DNA of 64,000 bases, taken from Leptolyngbyaceae cyanobacterium. Lineage in GTDB: Bacteria > Cyanobacteriota > Cyanobacteriia > Phormidesmidales > Phormidesmidaceae. Shown in pieces: positions 21,559-30,949 of this stretch (position 1 is its first letter; each line of letters opens with the position of its first letter). Location: positions 1 to 64,000 of the forward strand of contig JBHJHA010000008.1 in NCBI GenBank assembly GCA_050331235.1, read 5' to 3'. The notes under the pieces were generated by a model, which saw only the letters and a list, made by a program, of their open reading frames with translations, was not told where the DNA came from and did not search any database. Made by a program: the position numbers and the translations under genes.

Positions 21559-22719
21559 CTATGCAGTAACCGGCACTTCATAACGAAAGATGCCTGCAGC
21601 AGCCTCAGAGTTCGGCATCGCCTCATCATCTAGCAAATATACTTTGCCGCCTTTTAGAGCAGTTTGTACGGCAGCAATGTCCAACAAATCGTGATTATCT
21701 GGCCGATCTTCCTGATGAATTTCAGTTTCACCGGTCTGTGGATCTACAGTGCCCCAAATCTGACTGCCAGAAGCTACAAACAAAGTATCAACCTGCCCAC
21801 GAATGGCCGCTGGCAATACGCGAGACAAAGAAGAACTCGCTTTCTGTGTATCCTCTAGTGAGAAAAATTGATTAAGCGATTCTTCATGGGTCTTTTCAAC
21901 CAGTTGGGAAACAATTGACCAACCCTGCTCTCTGAGTGCTTCTGGCTGAGCCACGTCAGGATTACCATCAATGCCGTCAGCCATCAAATGAGGATAAGTG
22001 TTGACCTCTTGATAAATAGGTCGCAAATATTCCACTGAGGCGATGATCAGCGGCATCTCTTCATTCTTTAGATACTGATGCAGGCCCGCATCAACCTTGT
22101 TGAGAAAGCGTCGAATGGCAACTTTATCATCCGTACCCGCTGTGCCCTGAGCATGATAGATCGGTTGCGAACCTTGACTATTAGAGCTGTGGAATTGTAG
22201 CTGTTCTTCGGGGTCATCATACTTCAGAGCTTCTTCCAAACTCAGTGGCATCCCCTGAAGCTCGACCTCACTGATTTGATGATGGGTTGATTGAAACAAC
22301 CGCACTTGATTCTGGCTCAGAGCCAAGATGTAAAAGTACCGATTGTCAAAGAAGAGCGGCAGCAGCGGCTTGAGATAGAACTGATTGGACAACACAACTG
22401 AAGATTCGAAACTCAAAGGCAAGCGATAAACTTTAGTTTTGCCATTAGCGATGTATAAAGCTAAGCCCTGACTTTGATAGCGCCAAAACTTATGATTTTC
22501 GACTAATGCATAGGCATCGGACAAAAAACTATCGACGTCTGCACTGTCCATGCCAGCGTTTGACAACTTTTGCTCAGCTTCGTTCAAAAGGTTCTTGAGT
22601 CGAATCGGATCTTGCTGTATCTCAGCTCCTGCTACATGAGTCGAAAAGTGGATGGATACAGAAATGTCGCTAGCAGCTTCATTCAACAATTTAAATTCCG
22701 ACCAAGATAATAGATTCAT
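21559..22719 (-). CDS. Bacterial archaeo-eukaryotic release factor-like protein (baeRF3/6/7 type; Balon-like)
   Basis: QDPIRLKNLL, FYLKPLLP, YILALSQNQVRLF, GQVDTLFV, DLLDIAAVQTALKGGKVY...AGIFRY (aeRF1 domain 3-like end); no GGQ. Confidence 0.82.
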   Translation of the reverse strand: MNLLSWSEFKLLNEAASDISVSIHFSTHVAGAEIQQDPIRLKNLLNEAEQKLSNAGMDSADVDSFLSDAYALVENHKFWRYQSQGLALYIANGKTKVYRLPLSFESSVVLSNQFYLKPLLPLFFDNRYFYILALSQNQVRLFQSTHHQISEVELQGMPLSLEEALKYDDPEEQLQFHSSNSQGSQPIYHAQGTAGTDDKVAIRRFLNKVDAGLHQYLKNEEMPLIIASVEYLRPIYQEVNTYPHLMADGIDGNPDVAQPEALREQGWSIVSQLVEKTHEESLNQFFSLEDTQKASSSLSRVLPAAIRGQVDTLFVASGSQIWGTVDPQTGETEIHQEDRPDNHDLLDIAAVQTALKGGKVYLLDDEAMPNSEAAAGIFRYEVPVTA

Positions 22720-22749
22720 ATGCCTCTTAATTTACTTCTTGTAATGAGC

Positions 22750-22843
22750 AGCATAAGGGATTACGCAAAATTCATCTTCTATCAGTAGAAGCGTTTGTTT
22801 ATGCCGTTGGGTAGAGACACACTCAGATTTAGCCCTGTAAAGT
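22750..22843. promoter_or_regulatory. Back-to-back promoters, each with 16-bp box + N22 + -10
   Basis: Minus: CGCTTCTACTGATAGA (22793-22778), N22, TATGCT (22755-22750). Plus: TATGCCGTTGGGTAGA (22800-22815), N22, TAAAGT (22838-22843). Confidence 0.6.
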
Positions 22844-22871
22844 AACTCAGTATATTTAGGAGGTCACAACT

Positions 22872-23051
22872 ATGAAACCTACTCGTTGGCTGGTGTTGGC
22901 ATTTTTGAGCTTTTCTCTGTTTAGTGCAGCCTGTGCTAGCACAGCTCCAGAGACCGAAGAGCCAGAGACCACGACTGAAGAGATGGAAGGTGAAGCGGCC
23001 GGTGAAAGCGAAGAGGAAATGGAGGAGATGGAAGGCGAAGAGGCAGAATAA
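22872..23051 (+). CDS. Small acidic putative lipoprotein (59 aa, absent from ORF track)
   Basis: AGGAGG RBS; MKPTRWLVLAFLSFSLFSAAC then Glu-rich ASTAPETEEPETTTEEMEGEAAGESEEEMEEMEGEEAE. Confidence 0.8.
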   Translation: MKPTRWLVLAFLSFSLFSAACASTAPETEEPETTTEEMEGEAAGESEEEMEEMEGEEAE

Positions 23052-23479
23052 TCGCAATTTTGTCTAACTAAATCTGAAATCAGTTCTTCCGAGCCCCGCT
23101 CTCTTTAATGAGATCGTCGGTTTTTAATTGGATTGGGTGGGGCTTTTGGGGCTTGAAAGATCGATTTGTCATGGCTGCTGGACTGCGATGTCCTGTTGAT
23201 ATTTTGATTACGAGTTAGCGTCATAGTCCTTAATATAAGTTCTTGTGTGATGTCTCGGCAACGCTGGCGAATGATTGGGCTTGAAATTATTTTTGATGGT
23301 GCTCCTTGACTGAGTTTTACCTTTTTATTTTGCTCTGTGCTAAAGATTATTGTCTGTGGCCTTACGGATATTTGTGGAGTCTCTGAGCGATTTTCTGGGA
23401 CGAATTTAAGATGAGTCATTCTTGGACGGTCAGCCTGCGTTCAGAGTAGAAAAAACATGATTGTTATGAACTTTTATCT

Positions 23480-24016
23480 ATGAACTTTAGCTTAAATCCC
23501 TTGAACCACACTTTGCTGGTTGGTTCCCTTGCTTATTTTTGTGTTGTTTTATTTTTACGGCTATCTGGCAAGCGCACGCTATCTAAATGGAATGCCTTTG
23601 ACTTTGTAGTTACCGTTGCCTTTGGATCGATATTGGCAACAGTGGCGATGTCAGAGAAGACGTCTTTACTGCAGGGAATCCTGGGTATTGGTCTCTTGAT
23701 CGCTTGGCAATTTTTGATGACGTGGCTGGCTGTGCGCTCATCGGTCATTCAGAAGTTAATTAAGGGGCAACCCACTTTGCTGCTGTTTGAAGGGGCGTTT
23801 CAAGAGAGTGCCTTGGCGAACGAACGAGTAACCCACGGGGAAGTGCTCGCAGCCATCCGGGCAAAGGGACTAGCGGCGGTTGAAAAGGTGGCGGCCGTCG
23901 TTTTGGAAACTGATGGTACCTTTAGCGTGATTGAAAACCTTGATGGAGAGTTTAATAGCTCAGCGATGTCAGATGTTCAGGGATTTTTGTCGCCCCATGG
24001 CGACCCGGCCCCATAG
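23480..24016 (+). CDS. DUF421/YetF family membrane protein
   Basis: RLSGKRTLSKWNAFDFVVTVAFGS, GQPTLL, VVLETDGTFSVI. Confidence 0.9.
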   Translation: MNFSLNPLNHTLLVGSLAYFCVVLFLRLSGKRTLSKWNAFDFVVTVAFGSILATVAMSEKTSLLQGILGIGLLIAWQFLMTWLAVRSSVIQKLIKGQPTLLLFEGAFQESALANERVTHGEVLAAIRAKGLAAVEKVAAVVLETDGTFSVIENLDGEFNSSAMSDVQGFLSPHGDPAP

Positions 24017-24050
24017 GCAAGACACAGCAGGCATGTAAGGAGCGATCGCA

Positions 24051-24929
24051 ATGAGCCCTAAACAAGTTTGGCGATTAATCAAGGAAGCTTTTGAGCAGTG
24101 GAACCAAGATGATGCTTCGCGCTTAGCTGCGGCCTTGGCATATTACACAATCTTTTCGATCGCGCCATTGTTGATTTTAGTGATTGCGATCACGAGCCTG
24201 TTTTTTGACCGCGCCATTGTGCGGCAGGAACTCATTGACCAGATGCAGACGCTCGTAGGCAATGATGGAGCTGCCTTTCTCCAAACTGTGCTGGATAACG
24301 CTAACCGGCCTGGCGAGCGCTCTGGAATATTTGCCTCAGCCGTGAGCATTGGGTTATTACTGGTCGGTGCAACTGGTGTCTTGACGCAGCTGCAAGCCGC
24401 GCTGAATGCCGTTTGGAATGTAGAAGCCAAACCCGAACGGGGCTTTTGGAACATTGTCCACAAACGAGTTTTGTCTCTAGGGATGATTTTGGGCATTGGC
24501 TTCATCTTGCTCGTATCCTTGGCCCTGAGCGCCCTGATTGCTGGTTTTTCCTATTATTTGGAAATGACAATGCCAGGCTTGGATACGTTGACTCAGCTAC
24601 TCAACTTTGCAGTATCTTTTGGCATTACTACCGTTATCTTTGCTCTGATCTTTAAGTTCATGCCTGATGTCACAATCACCTGGGGCGATGTCTGGTTTGG
24701 GGGGGCGACAACGGCATTTCTCTTTTCCCTCGGGAAGGTCTTAATCGGGCTGTATTTAGGCAACAGTAGCTTTAGCTCGTCCTATGGCGCTGCTGGCTCG
24801 GTCATTGTATTGCTGGTGTGGGTGTTTTACTCATCTCAAATTCTCTTTTTCGGCGCGGAAATAACCCAGGTTTATGCCAGGCGCTACGGCTCACAAATTA
24901 CTCCAAATCGATATGCCATCAAAAAATAG
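24051..24929 (+). CDS. YihY/virulence factor BrkB family membrane protein
   Basis: AAALAYYTIFSIAPLL, QLQAALNAVW, YGAAGSVIVLLVWVFYSSQILFFGAE. Confidence 0.92.
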   Translation: MSPKQVWRLIKEAFEQWNQDDASRLAAALAYYTIFSIAPLLILVIAITSLFFDRAIVRQELIDQMQTLVGNDGAAFLQTVLDNANRPGERSGIFASAVSIGLLLVGATGVLTQLQAALNAVWNVEAKPERGFWNIVHKRVLSLGMILGIGFILLVSLALSALIAGFSYYLEMTMPGLDTLTQLLNFAVSFGITTVIFALIFKFMPDVTITWGDVWFGGATTAFLFSLGKVLIGLYLGNSSFSSSYGAAGSVIVLLVWVFYSSQILFFGAEITQVYARRYGSQITPNRYAIKK

Positions 24930-25084
24930 CGTCTGTCTCTAAGGGGAAAGGTAGCCGTGACCAACAGGGTAATCAACCTCTTTGGGTGTACCTGAAACCC
25001 CTCCTTTAGACCCTTGTTGAGGTACTGAGAGTGGTCGATCATCTTGATGATTATTCCATTGACTAGAAACACATCAGTTAAATA

Positions 25085-26845
25085 GTGACAATGCTTTTTG
25101 AATATCTCAGACTAACAAAGTTTTTGAGACATATTTTGTTGGGGCTCTCTATGGTGCTATTGGTGGGGGCGACCTTGTCACCGGGGTGGGCTGTGTCTTC
25201 TCAGTTGATGCAGTTTCCGGGGACCGGAGGCAGTAATAGCAATGCTTACACCTTGGGCTGGGTAGGCATTGATGGATATGATGTCTTTCAAATTTCGGCT
25301 CCTGGTTCTACTCTCACTCAACGGCGCAAGCAGGTTCACCAAAACCTGCAAGATATTCGCGATAGTTACCTTCAACTCGAAACGCCGATCGCAACCGTTT
25401 CGACTCAAGAGACTGACAATGGGCAGTCCGAGATTTACGTCAATGGTGATTATTTGCTAACGGTGACGGAAAAAGATGCAGAGCTGCTAGCCACGACGCC
25501 ATCTGGCGTTGTTGAGCGCGTTGAGCAGTCTGTGACTGATGCCTTGAGGCAAAGCTATCGAGAACGGCAGCCCGAATATCGGCAGCAGCAATTTATTTAT
25601 GGTGGAATTGCGGTTGGATTCGCAACCGCGATCTCCCTGCTGATTCATATTTTTTCGGGTCGCCTGCTGCGCTGGGCGGTTTCAGCTCTGGGTGCCACCC
25701 TTGATCAAGACACCATGACCCACGATCAGCGCCACCATTTAAAAGACATTCGCCGCTTGCTATTGCCTGTCTTGCAAGTCGGTGCCTTTGGTACGGCGGC
25801 CCTCTGGATTTTGGGACGGTTTCCAGAAACTCGGGTAATTCAGCAGGATTTGCTATCGACCCTCAACATTCCCATCATTATCGCCATCGTGGCCATTATT
25901 GCTTACATTGGCGTGCGCTTGACCTATGCCATTGTCGACCGACTGTTGATGCAACTCACAGATGAGGAAGGCATTAGCGGTTATTACTCACGACGAGCAC
26001 GATTGCGTATCTCTACTCTTTCGAGCGTGATTAAGAATATTTCTAACTTCATTTGGATTGCGATCGGCTTTATCGTCGCCCTCTCGATCACCGGAGTTGA
26101 TTTGGGCCTACTACTGGCTAGCGTCGGGATCATTGGTTTAGCGCTGTCGCTAGCGACTCAAAACCTTGTGCAGGGGGCAATTCGAGGTTTCTTTATCGTG
26201 TTAGAAGACCAGTTTGCGATCGGGGACGTAGTCAAAATTGGTCCCGATGCCGGCGTTGTCGAAAATCTCAATCTCCGCATCACTCAATTGCGGGACACCG
26301 GTGGACGGCTTATCACCATTCCCACCAGCGATATTACGCGGGTGGCTAACTATTCTCTGCACTGGTCCCAGGCCGATCTCAAGATTCCAGTGGACTACAA
26401 CGCCGATATTAACGAAATGCTCAATGTTACGCGCCAAGTTAGCGAAGAGCTGCAAAATGATCCCGAATGGGGCAGTTTAATTCTGGAGGAACCCCAAATT
26501 TTGGGCGTTGATGACTTTGGTGATAGCGCTGTCATTATCCGCATCTGGATCAAAACTCAGCCGATGAAACAGTGGGATGTCTCTCGCGAATATCGCCGTC
26601 GCTTCAAGTTGGCGATTCAGTCAAGCGACACAACGATTCCATTTCCCCAACGCAATGTTTGGCTTCACCCTTCCGAGGAGTTACTACAGGGACTACAGGG
26701 CAGCTCTGATCGGCAGGGGGCTCAGGACAGCGATTATCAAGCTAGTGGCAACGGTCATCAGCCGCAACATACCAAAACCGATACGCAACCGAAAAACGTG
26801 CCCTCAGATGATCAGGATGCTGGGGAAGACGGCGGCTCTGAGTAA
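25085..26845 (+). CDS. Mechanosensitive channel MscS family protein with N-terminal extracytoplasmic domain
   Basis: GLALSLATQNLV, LEDQFAIGDVV, GVVENLNLRITQLRD, IWIKTQPMKQW, TIPFPQ. Confidence 0.92.
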   Translation: MTMLFEYLRLTKFLRHILLGLSMVLLVGATLSPGWAVSSQLMQFPGTGGSNSNAYTLGWVGIDGYDVFQISAPGSTLTQRRKQVHQNLQDIRDSYLQLETPIATVSTQETDNGQSEIYVNGDYLLTVTEKDAELLATTPSGVVERVEQSVTDALRQSYRERQPEYRQQQFIYGGIAVGFATAISLLIHIFSGRLLRWAVSALGATLDQDTMTHDQRHHLKDIRRLLLPVLQVGAFGTAALWILGRFPETRVIQQDLLSTLNIPIIIAIVAIIAYIGVRLTYAIVDRLLMQLTDEEGISGYYSRRARLRISTLSSVIKNISNFIWIAIGFIVALSITGVDLGLLLASVGIIGLALSLATQNLVQGAIRGFFIVLEDQFAIGDVVKIGPDAGVVENLNLRITQLRDTGGRLITIPTSDITRVANYSLHWSQADLKIPVDYNADINEMLNVTRQVSEELQNDPEWGSLILEEPQILGVDDFGDSAVIIRIWIKTQPMKQWDVSREYRRRFKLAIQSSDTTIPFPQRNVWLHPSEELLQGLQGSSDRQGAQDSDYQASGNGHQPQHTKTDTQPKNVPSDDQDAGEDGGSE

Positions 26846-27108
26846 CCTGCTGCTGTGTATAATCCCGATGCTGCATAATTGTGCTACGCACAGGGTGATT
26901 CTCACTGTCGCCACTCGCTCATCAAAGAGGGCAATGGTGCTAATACGATCGGGCCTTCCCCTTTTCAGGGCAGCAGCAAGAAGAGATCCTCATAGCCATA
27001 ACCTGTCGTCCAATTTTGTGGCACTGATACAACTTCGGCAAAGTGCAACAAGTCGAAGTTCCAAGAGGTGCCTTGGCAGAGCCTGTGGCTCAGTCAAGGG
27101 TCGTCACG

Positions 27109-28473
27109 CTAAACTCCATTTTCGCTAGATTTTGCTGCGTCGAAGTCAAGTCCAGCTGAGGATACTTCTACTGAGGCACTGTTGCGAAACTGTAGTGTAT
27201 AAATTTCGGTGGGCATCTCCACATGAGCTTGCTGTAAAGCCTCTTTAATAGACTGCGCCGCGTCCGAGGTCGTGTCCAAAAAATTGCGCCGCCGAGAATC
27301 GACCCAAAAACGCACTTCTAGATTAACGGTGCTGGCTGCCAACTCTTGAATCAAAACATCGATGGGACTGTCTTTCGAAATACCTTTGACTTGAGTTACC
27401 GATCGCAAAATCACGGTTTTGGTTTCTGTAAGGTCAGCATCGTAATCAACGCCAACGGTGATGGAGCTACGTCGATGGGGAGATGCCGTGTTGTTAGTAA
27501 TGCTGGCCTGAAAAACTTCTTGGTTAGGAATATAAACAGTACGACCGTCATAGGTCTGTAACGTCGTGGCCCGCAGCTGGATTTGGGTAATTGTGCCTTC
27601 GTATTCGTCAATCACGACTTGGTCACCCAAGCGAAAGGGGCGAGCAGCCAATAGCACCACGCCAGAAATGTAATTACTGAGGACGTCTTTTAGGCTGAAG
27701 CCGATCGCTACGCTGGTCAATCCAAAGGCCCCTAGCAAGGCGCCAAAATCGAGTCCTAAAACCCCTAAGGCCACTACCGTACCAAAGATCCAAACGGCAC
27801 CATAGCCCAATCGCCCAATCAAAATCTCGGTGCTGCGATCGCCCTCTGTTTGTTGAGCCCAGGTAAATGCGGCGTAGCGTACAATTGCTGCTATGGCCCA
27901 AGTTAGCAACACGACGATCAAGGCACCCAGGAGCGCTGGTAGCTTATCAAGGGAAGTTCGGGAGAGCTGTCTAACTGTACCGTCGAGGCGCTGAGCTACA
28001 TCAATAAATAAGGGCGGTTTGTCAAATGCTTGGTTGAGCTCCGTCGCCCATTTCTCCGCCAGTGCTTCCTCCGCTAGCCCAAAGTCCTCACCATCTTGCT
28101 GCGTCACGGTCATAATGACGCGGTTGTTTAACCGGAGGGTTGCCCAGTTCCCAGAGGGTGAGGGCTCCACTGTAATCGGGGCTGGATTCTCCGTATTGGT
28201 CAGGAGGCTGGCAATGCGACGATTGATCACCGCGGCTCTGGCGGAAGCCGATAAATTACTGAGGCCGCCAACTTGAAAGATGGGCCGCCCCCGTACAATG
28301 ACATCTGAAAAGTAAACTTCATTGTCAGATGAGGACTGGGTTGGCTGAGTTGCAGGCACCGCCAACAGGTCAGCGTCAGAACCGGCGGTGTCTTGGGCTA
28401 GCGCTGGCAGTGATAGAGCTAGCAAGCATCCCAAAATCAAGGCGATCGCTCGGCTTTTCCAAAAGTGCTGCAT
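27109..28473 (-). CDS. Mechanosensitive channel MscS family protein with signal peptide
   Basis: AIGFSLKDVLSNYISG, RPFRLGDQV, EGTITQIQLRAT, DGRTVYIPN; ATG 28473 preferred over 28515. Confidence 0.92.
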   Translation of the reverse strand: MQHFWKSRAIALILGCLLALSLPALAQDTAGSDADLLAVPATQPTQSSSDNEVYFSDVIVRGRPIFQVGGLSNLSASARAAVINRRIASLLTNTENPAPITVEPSPSGNWATLRLNNRVIMTVTQQDGEDFGLAEEALAEKWATELNQAFDKPPLFIDVAQRLDGTVRQLSRTSLDKLPALLGALIVVLLTWAIAAIVRYAAFTWAQQTEGDRSTEILIGRLGYGAVWIFGTVVALGVLGLDFGALLGAFGLTSVAIGFSLKDVLSNYISGVVLLAARPFRLGDQVVIDEYEGTITQIQLRATTLQTYDGRTVYIPNQEVFQASITNNTASPHRRSSITVGVDYDADLTETKTVILRSVTQVKGISKDSPIDVLIQELAASTVNLEVRFWVDSRRRNFLDTTSDAAQSIKEALQQAHVEMPTEIYTLQFRNSASVEVSSAGLDFDAAKSSENGV

Positions 28474-28658
28474 GAAGAGAAACCTATTCTTGGCGGAAGA
28501 TACCAGCAGCTCCAATCAAGGCTAAAAGATACTGGACGGCTAATCTATTCTATGGGTTGCGAAGTCAATGACGACGAACCCTCCTAGACAAAAAGGACTC
28601 AAGTGCCAATTCAGTTAAAATCAGCACCTGAGCCCTCTGATATATCAGCTATTTATAA

Positions 28659-28841
28659 TTAGCTAAGCTGTTGATCAATTTCGTCTTTGATGTTTTCCTT
28701 TGAATGCATAGCCTTAGCTTCAATTTGTTTCTCTTGACCTTCAGCCTGATCCTGGGGGTCACCGGTGATATCACCAGCCGTTTCCTGAAGCTTGCCTTCA
28801 ATATTCTTGACAGTTGCTTCAACTCTATCTTCGATAGACAT
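28659..28841 (-). CDS. csbD: CsbD family general stress protein
   Basis: MSIEDRVEATVKNIEGKLQETAGDITGDPQDQAEG matches the cyanobacterial CsbD pattern. Confidence 0.9.
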   Translation of the reverse strand: MSIEDRVEATVKNIEGKLQETAGDITGDPQDQAEGQEKQIEAKAMHSKENIKDEIDQQLS

Positions 28842-28873
28842 ACGTTACAACCTCATCTGACTCAATTTTCTTT

Positions 28874-28917
28874 ATTATATTTTTTGCAGTTTTTTCTCGT
28901 ATCCGCCATAAGAAATA
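28874..28917 (-). promoter_or_regulatory. csbD promoter: box + N22 + TATAAT
   Basis: Minus strand TATTTCTTATGGCGGA (28917-28902), 22 bp, TATAAT (28879-28874). Confidence 0.55.
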
Positions 28918-29033
28918 TAGCGACTTACAGATTCTTTTGGACGCTCAGCCGTTTGCTGCAATCGCTACCTGTCGCTGATGGTTTAACCGCTCTTATCTTG
29001 TAATCTGCGAGTTGGCGAAATCAAACAGCTCAA

Positions 29034-29077
29034 TCACCCTTTAGCTAGATGTAGAAGCCTCATCGAGCTGTTATTTT
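29034..29077 (+). promoter_or_regulatory. GAF-DUF3891 promoter: box + N22 + -10
   Basis: TCACCCTTTAGCTAGA (29034-29049), 22 bp, TATTTT (29072-29077). Confidence 0.55.
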
Positions 29078-29135
29078 CCATTGGTAGAAAAGGATTAAAT
29101 CACCTTTCAGATCCTGCGCCAGTTTGACTTACCAG

Positions 29136-29690
29136 ATGCATTCAGCCCACCAAAACGTCTCCTCTCAGCCCTTTGAGGTTATTCAGTCTGCTCCGTCAAT
29201 TGATGCCGCAGCGGAAGCCATCCTATCGAATTTGGGTCAGCAACTAGCCTGCGATCGCGCCTTTTTATACGTTCGATCTCCAGAATCTCAAATCGGCAAA
29301 GTCCCTTTTTGTTGGCGTCGAACAAATACTATTCCACTCATTCAAGATGTTGACTGGAAGCCTGAACCCAGCTCTTTGTCAAACGAAGATCCGATGTTTG
29401 CCGCCGCTTTGAAAGCTGAGCCTAGCGTTTTTATTGAAGATGTTGAGACGGCATCTCCAGATACGCTAAATCAGGAATTTGAACGCAAAACCTTTGGTCA
29501 CCGTGCCCTCGTCCACGGACATCTTTGTGTTGATGGTCAATTATGGGGAATTTTGCAGCCTTGCATCTTTGACCGACCACGCCAGTGGACCAAGCATGAT
29601 CGCCAGTTAATTCAAACTAATGTCGCTTGGTTGACGCCTTTAGCCATAGAGTTTGTCAAACTGCACTTACCTAATCAAACCTGCTCGTAG
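29136..29690 (+). CDS. Stand-alone GAF domain protein
   Basis: LACDRAFLY, FIEDVETA, HRALVHGHLCVDGQLWGIL, RQWT; alternative TTG start 29124. Confidence 0.85.
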   Translation: MHSAHQNVSSQPFEVIQSAPSIDAAAEAILSNLGQQLACDRAFLYVRSPESQIGKVPFCWRRTNTIPLIQDVDWKPEPSSLSNEDPMFAAALKAEPSVFIEDVETASPDTLNQEFERKTFGHRALVHGHLCVDGQLWGILQPCIFDRPRQWTKHDRQLIQTNVAWLTPLAIEFVKLHLPNQTCS

Positions 29691-29696
29691 TACATC

Positions 29697-30449
29697 ATGA
29701 TTGTTAATCTTCAGAATGACGGTTGGGAAGTCATTTACCATCGCGCCCATGCGCTGTTAGCCGCTCAAATTGCCGGACAATGGGACTTTAGCAAACACGA
29801 ATATCGCATTTATGAGACGATCGCAGCGATCGCCCATCATGACAATCTCGAAAAGGAATGGGACGGTGATCAGCTGACTAAAGTAGGTGCGCCCCTAGAC
29901 TTTCGGCTAGAGCGGGAGACTGCTATTGAGCAGCTACGCCGGCACGTCGAAGAATCTTTGTATCAAAGTCGGTGGGTCGCGATGTTGATCTCAATGCATC
30001 TCTGTTTTTTGCATCAGGCTCAGCAAGATGACCCAGAGATGGCCCAATTCTTGGGGGAACAGCGGCAGCAACAGGCGCAATGGCAAGAGGAACTGGGGAT
30101 CTCCGAAGCTGAAGCAGAACGCTCTTATACATTTATGCGCTGGTGCGATCGCCTCTCCCTTATTTTGAGTCAGCGTCAGCTACCAGCAGCCGGGCGCAAA
30201 CTCGAGATCATTCAAGGCCCAGAGGGAGAAGATTACTGGGTGAGTCAATGGCCATCAGGTACGGTACGAGTCAGCCCCTGGCCATTTACGTGTGATAGTT
30301 TCACCATCTCAGTCGAAGCCTGCTATCTCTCACAGCTAGAGTTTGAGTCCAATGCCGCGCTAACTCAAGCCCTCAAATCAGCACCTCGTAAAGTACTTTC
30401 CTGGACTTTGCAACGTAGTCCAGAGACCAAAAGTGATGGCCCTACTTAG
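29697..30449 (+). CDS. DUF3891 family protein
   Basis: IYHRAHALLAAQIA, AIAHHD, GAPLDF, LISMH, RWCDRLSL, VSPWPF. Confidence 0.82.
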   Translation: MIVNLQNDGWEVIYHRAHALLAAQIAGQWDFSKHEYRIYETIAAIAHHDNLEKEWDGDQLTKVGAPLDFRLERETAIEQLRRHVEESLYQSRWVAMLISMHLCFLHQAQQDDPEMAQFLGEQRQQQAQWQEELGISEAEAERSYTFMRWCDRLSLILSQRQLPAAGRKLEIIQGPEGEDYWVSQWPSGTVRVSPWPFTCDSFTISVEACYLSQLEFESNAALTQALKSAPRKVLSWTLQRSPETKSDGPT

Positions 30450-30791
30450 CGTTTTATAGAATGCCGAATAGTTGCAGTAATGAACTAGTAGGTCCGACCG
30501 CGTTCGATGTTCCTCAGTTGATAAGCTCGTTCAACCAGACATGAAATTATAGCCCCAACTTACCGATAGCTACTCATAATGCACCGTTTCTAAACCTATT
30601 TTTTGCTTTTGCTGAGAGGGTTACCTGGGAGGATACCTTAAAGGGCTACTAGCACAAAATCTGACCGCTTTAATTATTATGAGCTTGCGATCAAACTAAC
30701 CGTAAAAATGTATTAGTGAGGGACGTAAGTCTGATATTTTCCTTCAGTCAGCTGCGTTTTGATATACCGGTAGTTAGATATTGGCAGCTCT

Positions 30792-30835
30792 TCTATCAGT
30801 AGAAGGAATGTCTCTATTTCTCTTTCATCTAGAGT
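30792..30835 (+). promoter_or_regulatory. Promoter of 30950 ORF: box + N22 + -10
   Basis: TCTATCAGTAGAAGGA (30792-30807), 22 bp, TAGAGT (30830-30835); shares exact 17-mer TCTTCTATCAGTAGAAG with 22775-22791. Confidence 0.6.
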
Positions 30836-30949
30836 AAATAGTAATTAAATGCTAGCAACGACAACAATAGCTTGCAAAGTCAACTGAGTTTTCTGAAAAT
30901 ATGAAATCTGTATAGTTTTTGAGGATCATCTTATTTAAGAGATCAGTTA

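Noticed and set aside
22782..23419. Minus-strand ORFs 22782..23057 and 23105..23419
   Set aside because: The first is the antisense shadow of the acidic lipoprotein; the second has no recognisable features
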